Virus record (IMG/VR): IMGVR_UViG_3300028591_000140
Reading direction: 5' to 3' (one strand)
Source: a virus
Taxonomy: Duplodnaviria; Heunggongvirae; Uroviricota; Caudoviricetes
DNA: 64,000 nucleotides
The translations under genes and the position numbers were made by a program. Shown here piece by piece: positions 26,255 through 36,395 of this stretch (position 1 is the stretch's first letter; the number at the start of each line of letters is the position of its first letter). Under the pieces are notes generated by a model. It saw only the letters and a list, made by a program, of their open reading frames with translations. It did no database searches and had not been told where the DNA came from.

Positions 26255-26545
26255 TTACTCTTCGATTTCGTCTACCGGCATGTCCGGGCAGTCAATCTCA
26301 TCGACTTTGTTGAGAAACTCCTCGGCAATATCAATCCAGATGTCTGCACATTTGCTCCAGCCGGCAGCCATGACCATAACATAACGCCAGATTCCGTCTG
26401 GTTCGGCATGAATGAATTTCTTGGCAAGATTGAGATAGAATCTACCCTTTTTATCACATCGGCCAGACAGCTTATGTGCTTTCTTTCCGATTCTATAGAA
26501 CCAGTCTCTCTGATTCTTGGACCAGCCACCGGAAATATCAGCCAA
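26255..26545 (-). CDS. Hypothetical protein
   Basis: 96-aa ORF. Confidence 0.45.
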   Translation of the reverse strand: MADISGGWSKNQRDWFYRIGKKAHKLSGRCDKKGRFYLNLAKKFIHAEPDGIWRYVMVMAAGWSKCADIWIDIAEEFLNKVDEIDCPDMPVDEIEE

Positions 26546-26948
26546 CGCGCTTCACCTCATCCATATACTTTTTCGCAAGGGACTTGATGCCGAGATCGTA
26601 CTTAGCCTTCAGGACATCGAGGAAATATCTCTGGCTATCCAGGATGACGAGAAGGAACTTCAAGATGCGGACGAGCTCATCATGAGACGCATTCTGCATC
26701 ACTGCATATTCGAAAAGGCGCTCCGTGAAATAGGGGCTCTCGAAGCGCTCGAGGTTTTTCTGCTTGTACTCGATGGGATCCATGGCGTAGGTGCCTTTGT
26801 AATCCCAGGTCTGAAGCTCCGGCCAAGTGGGATTGACGCCGTTCTTCATATCATAGAGCAGGCCACTGAGAAACTCTTTGTGTCTCTCTTTCTGCTGCTC
26901 GGGGGTCAGGGGTTCGGGCTTTTCATTTCTCTTCTTGAAGTCGCTCAT
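26538..26948 (-). CDS. Hypothetical protein
   Basis: 136-aa ORF. Confidence 0.45.
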   Translation of the reverse strand: MSDFKKRNEKPEPLTPEQQKERHKEFLSGLLYDMKNGVNPTWPELQTWDYKGTYAMDPIEYKQKNLERFESPYFTERLFEYAVMQNASHDELVRILKFLLVILDSQRYFLDVLKAKYDLGIKSLAKKYMDEVKRVG

Positions 26949-26977
26949 TGTTTGTGTTTCCTTTCAAATATCAGTAT

Positions 26978-27130
26978 TTAGAAACCATACTTATAGTAAT
27001 GGTCTCGGGCTCTGGTTTTTCCTTGTTCAGAGGCATAGCCGTAGACGAAGCTGACCGAATAGGTAGCGGCCAGAATACAAATGCTTTGCAGGAGACCTTT
27101 GCCGAAGCCTTTCATGAATGCACCGTTCAT
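26978..27130 (-). CDS. Small membrane protein (start taken at the internal MNGAFMKGFG)
   Basis: Hydrophobic segment ICILAATYSVSFVYGY; SD before the internal ATG. Confidence 0.4.
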   Translation of the reverse strand: MNGAFMKGFGKGLLQSICILAATYSVSFVYGYASEQGKTRARDHYYKYGF

Positions 27131-27217
27131 TTGCAGTTCCTCTCTTTCATAATTACAGAAATATAAAAGGAAGAGACCATAGTAATTTACTACGATCTCA
27201 TCCTTTTTCACTTGGTC

Positions 27218-27514
27218 TTATGCTACTTCAGAATCAACCACAACGGGCTCCGGTTCTTCCTCAGCAACCTCATCCGGCTGCGGGAGCATCACGGGTTCCT
27301 CGGGTTCGGGCAGGTAAGCAGGAGTGGACTCGTCCTCAGTCGAGACGCTCATAGCTGCCGCGACAAGCAGTCCTCCTACACAGAATGCTGCTATGCCGAC
27401 GACGACCTTCGCGCCGTTGACCAGGATCGTCTTCCGCTTGGCCTTCTTCTCCTCGAGTTCCTTTTTCTGTTCCTCAGTCAGTTCGGGTTTCTCCTTAGAT
27501 TTAAAAAGCTTCAT
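27218..27514 (-). CDS. Small single-TM protein with acidic proline-rich tail (holin- or spanin-like topology)
   Basis: TM VVVGIAAFCVGGLLVAAAMSV flanked by K/E-rich N-terminus and PEPEEP tail. Confidence 0.45.
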   Translation of the reverse strand: MKLFKSKEKPELTEEQKKELEEKKAKRKTILVNGAKVVVGIAAFCVGGLLVAAAMSVSTEDESTPAYLPEPEEPVMLPQPDEVAEEEPEPVVVDSEVA

Positions 27515-27554
27515 TTCTTTCGATTCCTTTCTTTACTTAATTAAGACCTCCGTC

Positions 27555-27580
27555 TCACTATAAGGCATGTAAATTTTGCG
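27555..27580 (-). promoter_or_regulatory. Conserved promoter-like motif copy
   Basis: cactataaggcatgtaaattttgcgg. Confidence 0.45.
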
Positions 27581-27654
27581 GTTTAGATAGCAATTACCGC
27601 AATAATCGCCACAGCCAGGAGAATATAAGTGATCGTGATGAGTCTCATTTATGG

Positions 27655-28569
27655 TTACCTCCACTTCATATCGGTTTCGTCATCATCCAGCTCATAGTCC
27701 AGACGCTGAGCATCTTCGCCATTACTGTCCTCAAGATTGAGATGCCACTTCGGAGCGCCAGACTTCGTGAAGCCGATCACATGGGCCACACTATCATCGG
27801 ACAATTGAATGGCCGTGATCTTCAGCTCAATCGGGCAATTGAACCAGCCGAAGTCCTTACCGATCTTAACGCCATTCGGAAGAGTATCATCTGCATTGAT
27901 GTGCTCATCACTCGCCGGCAGATCCAGATATTCACGCCAAGTATCGTAACAGACTGCGGACTTTCTCATACCCCAGCGAGTATGAGTCATTTCCAGATTG
28001 AGTTTTTCGGTCATTTTCCGAATGAAGTCCAGATCAGACCAGTAATAGTCGTGAAGGATCGGGTCATAGCATAGTGTGTTACCATGGCCGGTGTTGATGA
28101 CCGTCGCATAGTTGACCGGATGAGACTTCACATCATCTTTCGCCATCTCATCCTTCATTTTCTCATACTCTTTCGGCCCATACTTCTCGATGACTTTCTT
28201 CTCGAGTTTCTCGGCCTCCTCTGTTTTGGTTGCCAATGCTGCCGTGGCGATGGCTGCCTGAGCATACTTGATCTTATAGCCGGCAAATATCATCGCACCA
28301 CCGCCAATGACCATTGCTGTCGGGATGCCAAGATGAAATGCCAGAATCTTTCCTTTCTCGATCAGGTACTCCTTATGAGAAAGTCCCTCCTTAGCATCGA
28401 GGGTAGCAAGCTCTGTCACCATCTTAGGCGTCTCTATGCCGGTCTTGACTGCGCCTCCTGCCATCATGCAGACACCAAATATCACTCCGACAGTCGGGGC
28501 AGCCTTGATAAGTGCTTTACCTGTGAGTTTCGCAGTTGTCTGGATTGTTTTCAGATTCAATGGAACCAT
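27655..28569 (-). CDS. Two-TM membrane protein, family member 2 (paralog of 12427..13353 and 28832..29635)
   Basis: Same architecture and conserved linker and C-terminal blocks. Confidence 0.55.
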   Translation of the reverse strand: MVPLNLKTIQTTAKLTGKALIKAAPTVGVIFGVCMMAGGAVKTGIETPKMVTELATLDAKEGLSHKEYLIEKGKILAFHLGIPTAMVIGGGAMIFAGYKIKYAQAAIATAALATKTEEAEKLEKKVIEKYGPKEYEKMKDEMAKDDVKSHPVNYATVINTGHGNTLCYDPILHDYYWSDLDFIRKMTEKLNLEMTHTRWGMRKSAVCYDTWREYLDLPASDEHINADDTLPNGVKIGKDFGWFNCPIELKITAIQLSDDSVAHVIGFTKSGAPKWHLNLEDSNGEDAQRLDYELDDDETDMKWR

Positions 28570-28575
28570 GAAATA

Positions 28576-28731
28576 TCATTCCTCCACTTCTTTGGGTTCA
28601 TCATTGTTTGAATGCCGTTCCACATAGCTGACATGCGGTTCAGTCATGATGCCATACATGCAGATAGCACCGGCGATGAACGACGTTGAGACCATAATGC
28701 CTCCGACCATTGTTGCGAGAATATACCTCAT
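28576..28731 (-). CDS. Small membrane peptide (MRYILATMVGGIMVSTSFIAGAICMYGIM ...)
   Basis: Internal ATG with SD AAAGGAG; a TM helix. The longer 117-aa ORF-track version has no RBS. Confidence 0.4.
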   Translation of the reverse strand: MRYILATMVGGIMVSTSFIAGAICMYGIMTEPHVSYVERHSNNDEPKEVEE

Positions 28732-28802
28732 GCTGAATCTCCTTTCTGCTTTCAAAGCGAAAATATAAAAGAGAGGCCAGATTTTGCTCCGAGCCTCCCT
28801 CT

Positions 28803-28829
28803 CTATTATAGTGAATGCAAAACCTGCGA
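28803..28829 (-). promoter_or_regulatory. Conserved promoter-like motif copy
   Basis: ctattatagtgaatgcaaaacctgcga. Confidence 0.5.
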
Positions 28830-28831
28830 TT

Positions 28832-29635
28832 TCAGAATGGCAGTGGTCCCGAATCCTTGAGATACGAAATATCATTCGGATGAATCCCGTACTCCAACTG
28901 ATAGAAATGGCTGCCATCCGGATTGTCAATGATCTGAGGAGCTAACTCGATCCAAGCGCCACCATAGTAGCCAGCGCCCTCAGTGAACATCTCATCGTCA
29001 TAGCTCCAGCCAAGATGCATTGATTTGGAATTGCCTTTGAGACCAAACATGTGAAGAATACTGTCCAGATACACGGTATCCATTTGCAGGAGTCTCTTGT
29101 TAGCACAAAGTTCAACCCAGAGAATATCCTTCAGATCTGCGTAGATCCATTGCTCGCTATAGGGTTCCCAGATCTTGAACTTCTCGGATGTATTCAGGGC
29201 ATACTTATCAACTTTTTGACGGAGCTCTTTTTCTTCGGCAATTTCCTTCTTGACTTCTTTGACTGCATTCTCTCCATACTTCTCGCTGAATTTCTTCTCG
29301 AGATCCTCGCTTGCAGTCTTATAAGCCAACGCCGCAGCGGTCAGAGCAGTCTCATTGCTGACATGCCACTTATGTGCACCAATCGCACAACCCATTGTGA
29401 ATAAAGCCATCAATCCGGCCGGAATATACTTTTTCCAGTTCTTTCTGACTACTTTGCGGACTGTCTGCTTTACCGGAATATCACTGTCTTCCACAAATAG
29501 AACAGCCTCAGTGGTATCCGATAAGCAATCCAGGGTTGCCGTATAGGTTAAGTAACCCGTAGTGACAACCCCGGAACAGACAAAGCCAGTCAGAAGCGCC
29601 GGACCGTTTTTAAGGGCCCAGGTTTTCAGACTCAT
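28832..29635 (-). CDS. Two-TM membrane protein, family member 3
   Basis: Paralog of 12427..13353 and 27655..28569. Confidence 0.55.
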   Translation of the reverse strand: MSLKTWALKNGPALLTGFVCSGVVTTGYLTYTATLDCLSDTTEAVLFVEDSDIPVKQTVRKVVRKNWKKYIPAGLMALFTMGCAIGAHKWHVSNETALTAAALAYKTASEDLEKKFSEKYGENAVKEVKKEIAEEKELRQKVDKYALNTSEKFKIWEPYSEQWIYADLKDILWVELCANKRLLQMDTVYLDSILHMFGLKGNSKSMHLGWSYDDEMFTEGAGYYGGAWIELAPQIIDNPDGSHFYQLEYGIHPNDISYLKDSGPLPF

Positions 29636-29638
29636 AGC

Positions 29639-30664
29639 TTACACCTTGCTCGCCACGTCAAGGACGAACTTGCCATAGCGATATGCCAGATAGCCAGCCG
29701 GGATCGCCGGAAGCGCTCCGACAAATATCACACAGCCCTTGGTCCAGCCATGCTCCTTCAGCCACCAGGCCAGCTTCTCAGCGGCAGGGGTATCGGAGGC
29801 GATGGAGAGGGATCTGGAGTAGTCATTGGCATCCTGGAGTCTGACCAGCTCTTCATTGTCATGGGCCATCAGAATGCAGTCGGCTTCCTCCTCAGTCCTC
29901 TTCGCCTGAATATCATGGAGCATCTTTGCTTTGGCTTCGTCAAACTCCCGTTCGAGAGAATCGACATTGCGCGCTGTCTTCTCGTCCAGCCGCCGTTTCT
30001 CCTTGGCAATCTTCTCCTCCATGCCACGGACAGAGTCTCTGCGTTTCCGATCGAATTTCTCCTTCTCAGCCGCAAGCTGTTTCTCAAGGGCCTCTTTCTT
30101 GCCCTTTGCCTCGCCGACGATCTTGTTCTTGGTATCCTCAGCGATATGCTTGAGCTTGGCTGCATCCTCGGAGATTGTCTCGTCAACGTTCTCATACATC
30201 TTGCGCTGGATCTCCCACTTCTCAGTGGCATCAGCAATTTCACGATCCAGAGCTTCCACCGTCTCGTCATAGTTGACAGAGACCTTGAACGCCGCGATGG
30301 AGTCCTCCATATCCTTCTGGATCTCAGCGAGCTTGGCGTCGTAATCCAGACTCTTCTTGAATTCCTCAAGAGCACGGGCGCCATCAGCGTAGAAGGCATT
30401 CTTTTTAGAGTCAAAGCCGGATGTACGCTTCCACTCTTTGATGGCGATCTTCAAATCCTTACCTTCACGAGATAGGACAGCGTCCCGGAGAGCAATATCA
30501 TTCTTTGCCTTCATGTACTTAGCCAGATCGTCCGAAGAGTTTTCGGCGACGGCCAGTTCCAGCGCCTTGACCTTCTCAAATTTCTCATCGGCAATATAAT
30601 TACCGATTTTGAAGGTGCCGATAAGACCTGCCATGACGAATTCAGAGATAAGTTTGGTGTTCAT
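29639..30664 (-). CDS. Long coiled-coil protein with C-terminal TM anchor
   Basis: E/K/A-rich heptad-like sequence; C-terminal hydrophobic CVIFVGALPAIPAGYLAY. Confidence 0.5.
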   Translation of the reverse strand: MNTKLISEFVMAGLIGTFKIGNYIADEKFEKVKALELAVAENSSDDLAKYMKAKNDIALRDAVLSREGKDLKIAIKEWKRTSGFDSKKNAFYADGARALEEFKKSLDYDAKLAEIQKDMEDSIAAFKVSVNYDETVEALDREIADATEKWEIQRKMYENVDETISEDAAKLKHIAEDTKNKIVGEAKGKKEALEKQLAAEKEKFDRKRRDSVRGMEEKIAKEKRRLDEKTARNVDSLEREFDEAKAKMLHDIQAKRTEEEADCILMAHDNEELVRLQDANDYSRSLSIASDTPAAEKLAWWLKEHGWTKGCVIFVGALPAIPAGYLAYRYGKFVLDVASKV

Positions 30665-30689
30665 TTCTTTTTAGTTCCTTTCTTTTTTA

Positions 30690-31577
30690 TTAAAACAGCA
30701 GACTTGCAGTGCTGTCCCATTTGGTGTAAAGTTTGCAATTCGGTCTCAGGACCAAATATTTGAGTTCGGCTTTGGCCTGCGTAGACATGCAGTCATCATC
30801 CAGAACAGTAGAAATCCCATCTACATCATATCTAGTCTGACCAAATGCCAGAATCTCAAGAGGCCGACCATGCTCCCGAATATAATTCTTGATGCTCTCT
30901 ATATACTCGGGAGTGGCTGCGTGTTCTTTGATCCACTGATTCTGAGGACAATCCGGATTGGACTGATCAGAATATAACACTCTGAATGTGATTTGATCAG
31001 CATTAAGTACATGTTTGACATGCTGAAATATCTTCTCTGGCTTAGGCTGAGATTGTCCAGGCAGAATTTGGTCAGTCATATTTAGCGAGATTCGAAGATT
31101 CAGACCAGAACTCTTGATCATTTCACATAACTTGGAAATATCAATACGCTCTTTTGCTCCTGTGTATTTCCAATTAATTAGGTGAGATAGCGAGCTGATA
31201 CTGAGGCTCACCGTATTAACCCCGACATGATCACGCAGAAACTCAATATAATTCTGATCCAGGAAAGCTCCGGCCGTCTGAATCGAAATATGTCGGAACG
31301 GCTTGCTCAGGCTCTCGTTCAGTAGACCAAAGAGAGTGAGAAAAGCTCGATTCTGTGTGGGTTCGGCATCACCGGTCAGCATGACAGCGTTGCAATTGTT
31401 ATCACGGGCATAGGCCAGACGCTTTTTGTAATCCTCAATTGCCTTGTGAATCTCAGGATTATTAAACGCCATCCGATTCTGCCCGTAATCTTCACTGTGT
31501 TGTTTGCTCACACAGAACGCGCAGTCATTCACGCACTTTTCAGTGGGAACAACAATTGAAAGTGACTGAATTTGCAT
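30690..31577 (-). CDS. Radical-SAM enzyme (QueE or activase-like); function unassigned
   Basis: CVNDCAFC CxxxCxxC cluster near the N-terminus. Confidence 0.55.
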   Translation of the reverse strand: MQIQSLSIVVPTEKCVNDCAFCVSKQHSEDYGQNRMAFNNPEIHKAIEDYKKRLAYARDNNCNAVMLTGDAEPTQNRAFLTLFGLLNESLSKPFRHISIQTAGAFLDQNYIEFLRDHVGVNTVSLSISSLSHLINWKYTGAKERIDISKLCEMIKSSGLNLRISLNMTDQILPGQSQPKPEKIFQHVKHVLNADQITFRVLYSDQSNPDCPQNQWIKEHAATPEYIESIKNYIREHGRPLEILAFGQTRYDVDGISTVLDDDCMSTQAKAELKYLVLRPNCKLYTKWDSTASLLF

Positions 31578-31794
31578 AGTTCCTCTCCTTTCAAATATCA
31601 GTCATCGTCAGTGGGCTCCATGCTATTGCGGTTCAGAACCCCACTAACAATCTTCCCACAGAGATAAGTTGCCTGCTTTTCATTGAATCCGACCTTCAGA
31701 AAACTCTGATGTTGCATCCACATGAATTCTGCCAGAGCTCCTGTAGCGGTCATCAGCTTCTGAATCATTTCATTCGGATCTGGATTTGCCATTT

Positions 31795-32061
31795 TTAGCT
31801 CCTTTCAAATATCTTGGTCACAAGTTCTTTAAGCATGGCCGCTTCTGACAGTCCTCTCTGTGCAGCCATAGCTTTAAGTCTTCGTCTATGCTCAGTGTTG
31901 AGACGAATATGATAGGTATGCTCGTAGCCCTTTCTCTGCTTATCCTTCGATTTCGGCTGAAAACAATTCAGATAGGGCTCACTGGTATCGCATACAGAAC
32001 AGGGTTTGCCGTCCTTAGCACTCGGTGGCCAGTATACGCATCTTCTTCCGCATTCAGGCAT
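31795..32061 (-). CDS. Small Cys-rich protein with RHH-like C-terminus
   Basis: CGRRC ... CSVC, then RRRLKAMAAQRGLSEAAMLKELV. Confidence 0.4.
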   Translation of the reverse strand: MPECGRRCVYWPPSAKDGKPCSVCDTSEPYLNCFQPKSKDKQRKGYEHTYHIRLNTEHRRRLKAMAAQRGLSEAAMLKELVTKIFERS

Positions 32062-32425
32062 CTTTTTGACTCATCTCCTTATTTCGATCTACCTCATCGA
32101 AGACTTCTCGTAGCTCTTTTCGTTTCTCAAGCTGCTTCTTCTTTTCTGCCTCTCGATCTAAATGCATAGAGAACAATTCATAGCGAATATAATCGAAAAA
32201 GCTAAACCGAACATAGTGACAATTGCCTTTGTAACAGAATTCGGCATAGCCATCTTTCAAAGTCCATTTGTATGGATCAAGTCCGTAGCATACTTTGAAT
32301 TCATTGTAGGATATCTTGGTAGACCAGCTTTGTCGAGTTCTAACCCACTGCACGAATAAGGCGATTAGAAACATCACGCCAAAGATAGCAGTCATCCCAC
32401 CAAGAATGGATAGTAAGGAAAGCAT
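32054..32425 (-). CDS. Small N-terminally TM-anchored protein
   Basis: TM LSILGGMTAIFGVMFLIALFV. Confidence 0.4.
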   Translation of the reverse strand: MLSLLSILGGMTAIFGVMFLIALFVQWVRTRQSWSTKISYNEFKVCYGLDPYKWTLKDGYAEFCYKGNCHYVRFSFFDYIRYELFSMHLDREAEKKKQLEKRKELREVFDEVDRNKEMSQKDA

Positions 32426-32557
32426 AACTTAATACATCCTTTCCATAATTTCTCGATCATAAATCACAGACTCACCGACTTTCCATACACACTGGCGGCC
32501 AAGGTTTTTAGTCGATTGCATGGACCAGAGATCAAATATCCACGCTCAGGATGGCGC

Positions 32558-33322
32558 TTAACCTGCTGTCTCCACCGTCTCTGCTTGCGGTTGAGTCGGC
32601 GAAACATTCGACTTGGCATCTGAATGATTGTTCTTTCCATTGGTTTCTCCTTTCAACATATAAGGCAGTGACATTTCTATACATCTCTTATTTTTAGAAA
32701 GCCTCTCGTACTCCGGATCAACACCGTCTATCAAATATGTCGCATAGCGCATACCATTTCTCATGCCTACGCTATACTCATCGTTGCCATTGGTGTACTC
32801 AATAGCATTCTTGAGCATATGGAGAGGTGTGGTGAAGTCACAGTCGTAGAAATGAAACTGGAGCCAGTAAATATAACTTTTCAGGTTATAGTCCAGCTCG
32901 GCAGGCTGAATGACTGGGATCTTAGCTTCACGGGCTTCTTTGATCATTTCAGGAATCTTGTCCCAAAAGTCCTGAACATGCTTGAGTGCTCGGAGATCTT
33001 TAGAGTCTTTGCTTTGATCGTAGCGAGCTTGAAGACGTGCAATCCACTGTTCCTTCCACTCAAACTTTGGGCAAAATATCACTACGGGGATTTTTGAGGG
33101 ATTAGAAGCCAGATACTTTCTGACTTCTCGATGCGTGGAAACAAAGACTGTGAATCCCTGCTCTGCCAACTGAATGGCGGTTTTGACATATATGGGAATC
33201 CAGTTCATCATGCCCATTTCCTGTGAAAAGGTGCTGCTCTCCAAGTCAATTGCACCATTCCAGCCGGCACAGGAGCTTTTCCCTATTCCAGGATATCCAC
33301 AGATGATGAGACCCTTGCTCAT
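32558..33322 (-). CDS. P-loop NTPase or kinase-like protein (start taken at MSKGLIICGYPGIGKS)
   Basis: Walker A GYPGIGKS; SD GGAGGAAGG before the internal ATG at 33322. Confidence 0.5.
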   Translation of the reverse strand: MSKGLIICGYPGIGKSSCAGWNGAIDLESSTFSQEMGMMNWIPIYVKTAIQLAEQGFTVFVSTHREVRKYLASNPSKIPVVIFCPKFEWKEQWIARLQARYDQSKDSKDLRALKHVQDFWDKIPEMIKEAREAKIPVIQPAELDYNLKSYIYWLQFHFYDCDFTTPLHMLKNAIEYTNGNDEYSVGMRNGMRYATYLIDGVDPEYERLSKNKRCIEMSLPYMLKGETNGKNNHSDAKSNVSPTQPQAETVETAG

Positions 33323-33533
33323 AATCCTTCCTCCGTGAGCTCCATGTTGGTAATGCCCAGAATGTTCATGAGAAACAGGGTCTGGCGCAGATGCTCCTTG
33401 CAAAAATACTTGGGATTTGGATCGTTCGGACCGCCAGCAAGAGAACGTACCTCGCTCATGTTACCGCCATTGTCTTTCAGCTTGGCAAAGTCAATGGCTG
33501 GATTGATCCCTTTTCCGCAGATAAAGCAGCGAT

Positions 33534-34061
33534 TCATAATTCTGATTTCCTTTCTTGTAATTTCTGCATGAGTTTATCGTATGACTTCATATAAAGTTCG
33601 TACTGGCACTCACAGTCATATTTAATCTCAATGATGGACTCATCGAGGGTTTGACATATTTGATTGTAAACGTTAAGAGGTAAGGGCTTGGACTTCTTTC
33701 TGGTAGCAATGCAAGTCCAATTATCGCCACCCTCAGCTTCAGGAACATAAGGACTATAAGCGTTAGTAGCTGCAAATATCACTTTTCCAGAATAGTTAGT
33801 CTCGATTGCCTTAAAAAATCTTGGCTGAGGATAAACATCATGTAAAACAATGACATCAGGATCTTTTTCGAAGATTTTCTGAACATAATGAAGGATCGTG
33901 GACTTACCGGTTGCAGGAGGACCATAGATCAGGTAATTACGCTTAAGCCCTTCCTCCCGATTGTGTAAGAGCGCACCTATAGCGCACTCGATTTGCATTC
34001 TCTCAGCATCCTTAAATAATGTGCCGAGGAGAAAATCCCAGGTGACTGATACTCTGCTCAT
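33534..34061 (-). CDS. 175-aa stand-alone paralog of the SF3 helicase P-loop region of the 6527..10549 protein
   Basis: ERMQIECAIGALL ... LIYGPPATGKSTILHYVQKIFE versus ERHKIEWAIGAVV ... LVFYGSAGTGKSTILNVIQELFE. Confidence 0.55.
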   Translation of the reverse strand: MSRVSVTWDFLLGTLFKDAERMQIECAIGALLHNREEGLKRNYLIYGPPATGKSTILHYVQKIFEKDPDVIVLHDVYPQPRFFKAIETNYSGKVIFAATNAYSPYVPEAEGGDNWTCIATRKKSKPLPLNVYNQICQTLDESIIEIKYDCECQYELYMKSYDKLMQKLQERKSEL

Positions 34062-34265
34062 GTAGTATCATCCTTTCTTACTGAATCAGGTTAGGAATTG
34101 GATCTGACGGATACTTGGGAGTTGCTTTGATCCAATTCTGAAACTTAAAATAACACTCGTTGCAAAGGTACATTTCTGGAGCTGCCGTTTCATAGCGAGT
34201 CAATTGAAGCTTGATGACTGGTTTTTCAAGTGGCTTATAGCATCGGTAGCAATGAAAGGAAGGTT

Positions 34266-34697
34266 TCATGTGAGTCGCATCGCCTTTCCAGTTTCATTAT
34301 CAACTATAAAGACTGATTTGTTTGCTGCTTTGGACACACGTAAAATATCCTCAATTGAAAAAGAGTCCCGTACCAATTTATTATTCAGATACTCTTTTGT
34401 AGTTCCGATTCGATCTGCCGTCTCTTGAACGGTCAGACCACCCTCACGCATAAGCCATTTAATCAGATTGCTTCTTCTGCGGTTTTTGTATGTCGCAGAG
34501 ACAATAGGAACAACTGGAACGTCCGTATACGGCATAAATATCACTTTCCTCTCATGCCGGTGGATCTCCCTTATAAAGCTGTACCGCTGTAAGCTTTTGT
34601 CTGGAGACCTTGAACTTGCGATGGCATACATGACACTCCGATCGGCCATTACCATTCCAGAAGACTGCATTTTTGTGCCTGCAATAAGGGCACACAA
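34266..34697 (-). CDS. HTH DNA-binding protein
   Basis: LTVQETADRIGTTKEYLNNKL helix-turn-helix. Confidence 0.45.
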   Translation of the reverse strand: MCALIAGTKMQSSGMVMADRSVMYAIASSRSPDKSLQRYSFIREIHRHERKVIFMPYTDVPVVPIVSATYKNRRRSNLIKWLMREGGLTVQETADRIGTTKEYLNNKLVRDSFSIEDILRVSKAANKSVFIVDNETGKAMRLT

Positions 34698-34740
34698 TCA
34701 ATCCAAAACAGGGTTTGTTCGCCATAAATATCATCCTTTC

Positions 34741-36015
34741 TTATCCGTAACTTACTTCAGATTTATCATCTCTAAGTCGTACGAAGACTGGGAATTGAAG
34801 ACTTCGAAGTCCCGTAATCATGTCGGCCGAGACTTCCTTGTACTTGACTTCGCATAAAGTCCCGATCAGGTCCTTTCGGCGTTTCCAGTAAATATCACGT
34901 TGCTCATCACTGAAGCCAGATCCAACCTTAACCTCATTATTCATAAATTCTAAGACAAAAGCCCCAAGCGTTCCTTTCAAACGCCCTGAGCCTTCTTCGC
35001 ATCTAACTATGGGCAAATCCATCGAATAGAATTGCTTCACTTTGAGGATCCCTTTATGCCGAGTCCGTCTGTAGGGGCATTCTGTATTGACCATCAAGCC
35101 CTCTTTGTCTTCGGCGATCATTTTATCAAGAAGCCTCCAAATCATTGACTGGTCTTCTCCATGATACAAGACCGGGACAATGGTCGCTGCATCATTCGGG
35201 AGCTTCAAAATATCACCGAAATGATCCAGCAGGGAACGACGATCGCTATAAAGCATACACGGAGTATCATTCTCAAAGTCCTCCAGAGGAATCAGATCAA
35301 ATATCATATATCGAATTTGACGTTTCGCCTCCAGATCATCGCCGTTAATAATCCCGGTTGCCATCCTGAATGCTTCATTGTCGCTGAGGTCACCTTTATC
35401 TCTGAGAATCAGTTCACCGTCCAAGACCAAGTCAGCATCATTGGCTCGATCACCGACTGCCTTGATGATGTGATCCAGACCCTCATAGACCTGCCCGCTT
35501 CGAGCAATCAGTTGGCCTTTATACATTGTTGCCCGGACGCCGTTAAGCTTTTGCGTCAACCAGAATTCAGTGCCTTCATCAAGCGGATACTTATTGATCG
35601 GATACGCCTGCTGAACTTCCCACTCAGGAATGAGACCCGGAATGATTTTATTGACTGATTTTGCAGTAACGCCGAGTCGAAGTGTCTTTGCTAAGAGCTG
35701 AATATAAATCTCTTGGGTATGTGGATCATAAAGAGATAGAAGGGTCCCAACTTCTCTCGAGACCTCTTCATTAACTCCATGAAGTCTGGAAAGAAAGTCG
35801 CAGCAGTCAAATATATTGTCGAAGTGAACCAGCTCAACTCTGCTCTTACGGACTAACGCACGTAATGTCTTTTCAGAGAAGTGATAGGAGAGAAGCGGGT
35901 TTAAGGCATACCAAAGAAACTTTTTGAAGTAAATATCATCACGGTATTTCTGAATCACTTCAGCTTTGGCATTTCCTCCGACAACTGACTGAAGCTCCAT
36001 GACGGCGTCAATCAT
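34741..36015 (-). CDS. ATP-dependent DNA ligase-like nucleotidyltransferase (variant motif I KLNGVR)
   Basis: Motif I TQKLNGVRA (Asn where Asp is expected), motif III DGELIL, motif IV EGLMV, motif V LKVKQF, OB-fold C-terminus. Confidence 0.6.
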   Translation of the reverse strand: MIDAVMELQSVVGGNAKAEVIQKYRDDIYFKKFLWYALNPLLSYHFSEKTLRALVRKSRVELVHFDNIFDCCDFLSRLHGVNEEVSREVGTLLSLYDPHTQEIYIQLLAKTLRLGVTAKSVNKIIPGLIPEWEVQQAYPINKYPLDEGTEFWLTQKLNGVRATMYKGQLIARSGQVYEGLDHIIKAVGDRANDADLVLDGELILRDKGDLSDNEAFRMATGIINGDDLEAKRQIRYMIFDLIPLEDFENDTPCMLYSDRRSLLDHFGDILKLPNDAATIVPVLYHGEDQSMIWRLLDKMIAEDKEGLMVNTECPYRRTRHKGILKVKQFYSMDLPIVRCEEGSGRLKGTLGAFVLEFMNNEVKVGSGFSDEQRDIYWKRRKDLIGTLCEVKYKEVSADMITGLRSLQFPVFVRLRDDKSEVSYG

Positions 36016-36075
36016 AATACAAATGCTCCTTTAGCTTAAAAATAAAAAGGGCCCACCATTTCTGATGAGCTCTCT

Positions 36076-36101
36076 CACTATAAGAGTTGTGTTTCCTGCG
36101 A
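36076..36101 (-). promoter_or_regulatory. Conserved promoter-like motif copy
   Basis: cactataagagttgtgtttcctgcga. Confidence 0.5.
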
Positions 36102-36113
36102 TTGGAGAAAATA

Positions 36114-36395
36114 TCAGCAGACCATAACCAATCGCCAGATGAGAGGGTGCTTCTTTGCGAAGTTATAGATGTCTCTGAGAATTGCATAGTTGACAGCCTG
36201 AAAGTTTCCAGTGTCAATCACATAACCATCATGTGAAATGAAGAGTGACTGATAAAAGGCACTGAGGAGAATATACTCTTTTAGATAATCAGCCTTGTAG
36301 GGTTCTGCTCGGTAGAGTTCTTCATATTGATTTAAAGCTTCCTCAGCTCTTTTATAATCCGGAACACCTGAAAAAACATTGTGATAGAATATCAT
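36114..36395 (-). CDS. Hypothetical small protein
   Basis: 93-aa ORF in a tight operon. Confidence 0.4.
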   Translation of the reverse strand: MIFYHNVFSGVPDYKRAEEALNQYEELYRAEPYKADYLKEYILLSAFYQSLFISHDGYVIDTGNFQAVNYAILRDIYNFAKKHPLIWRLVMVC

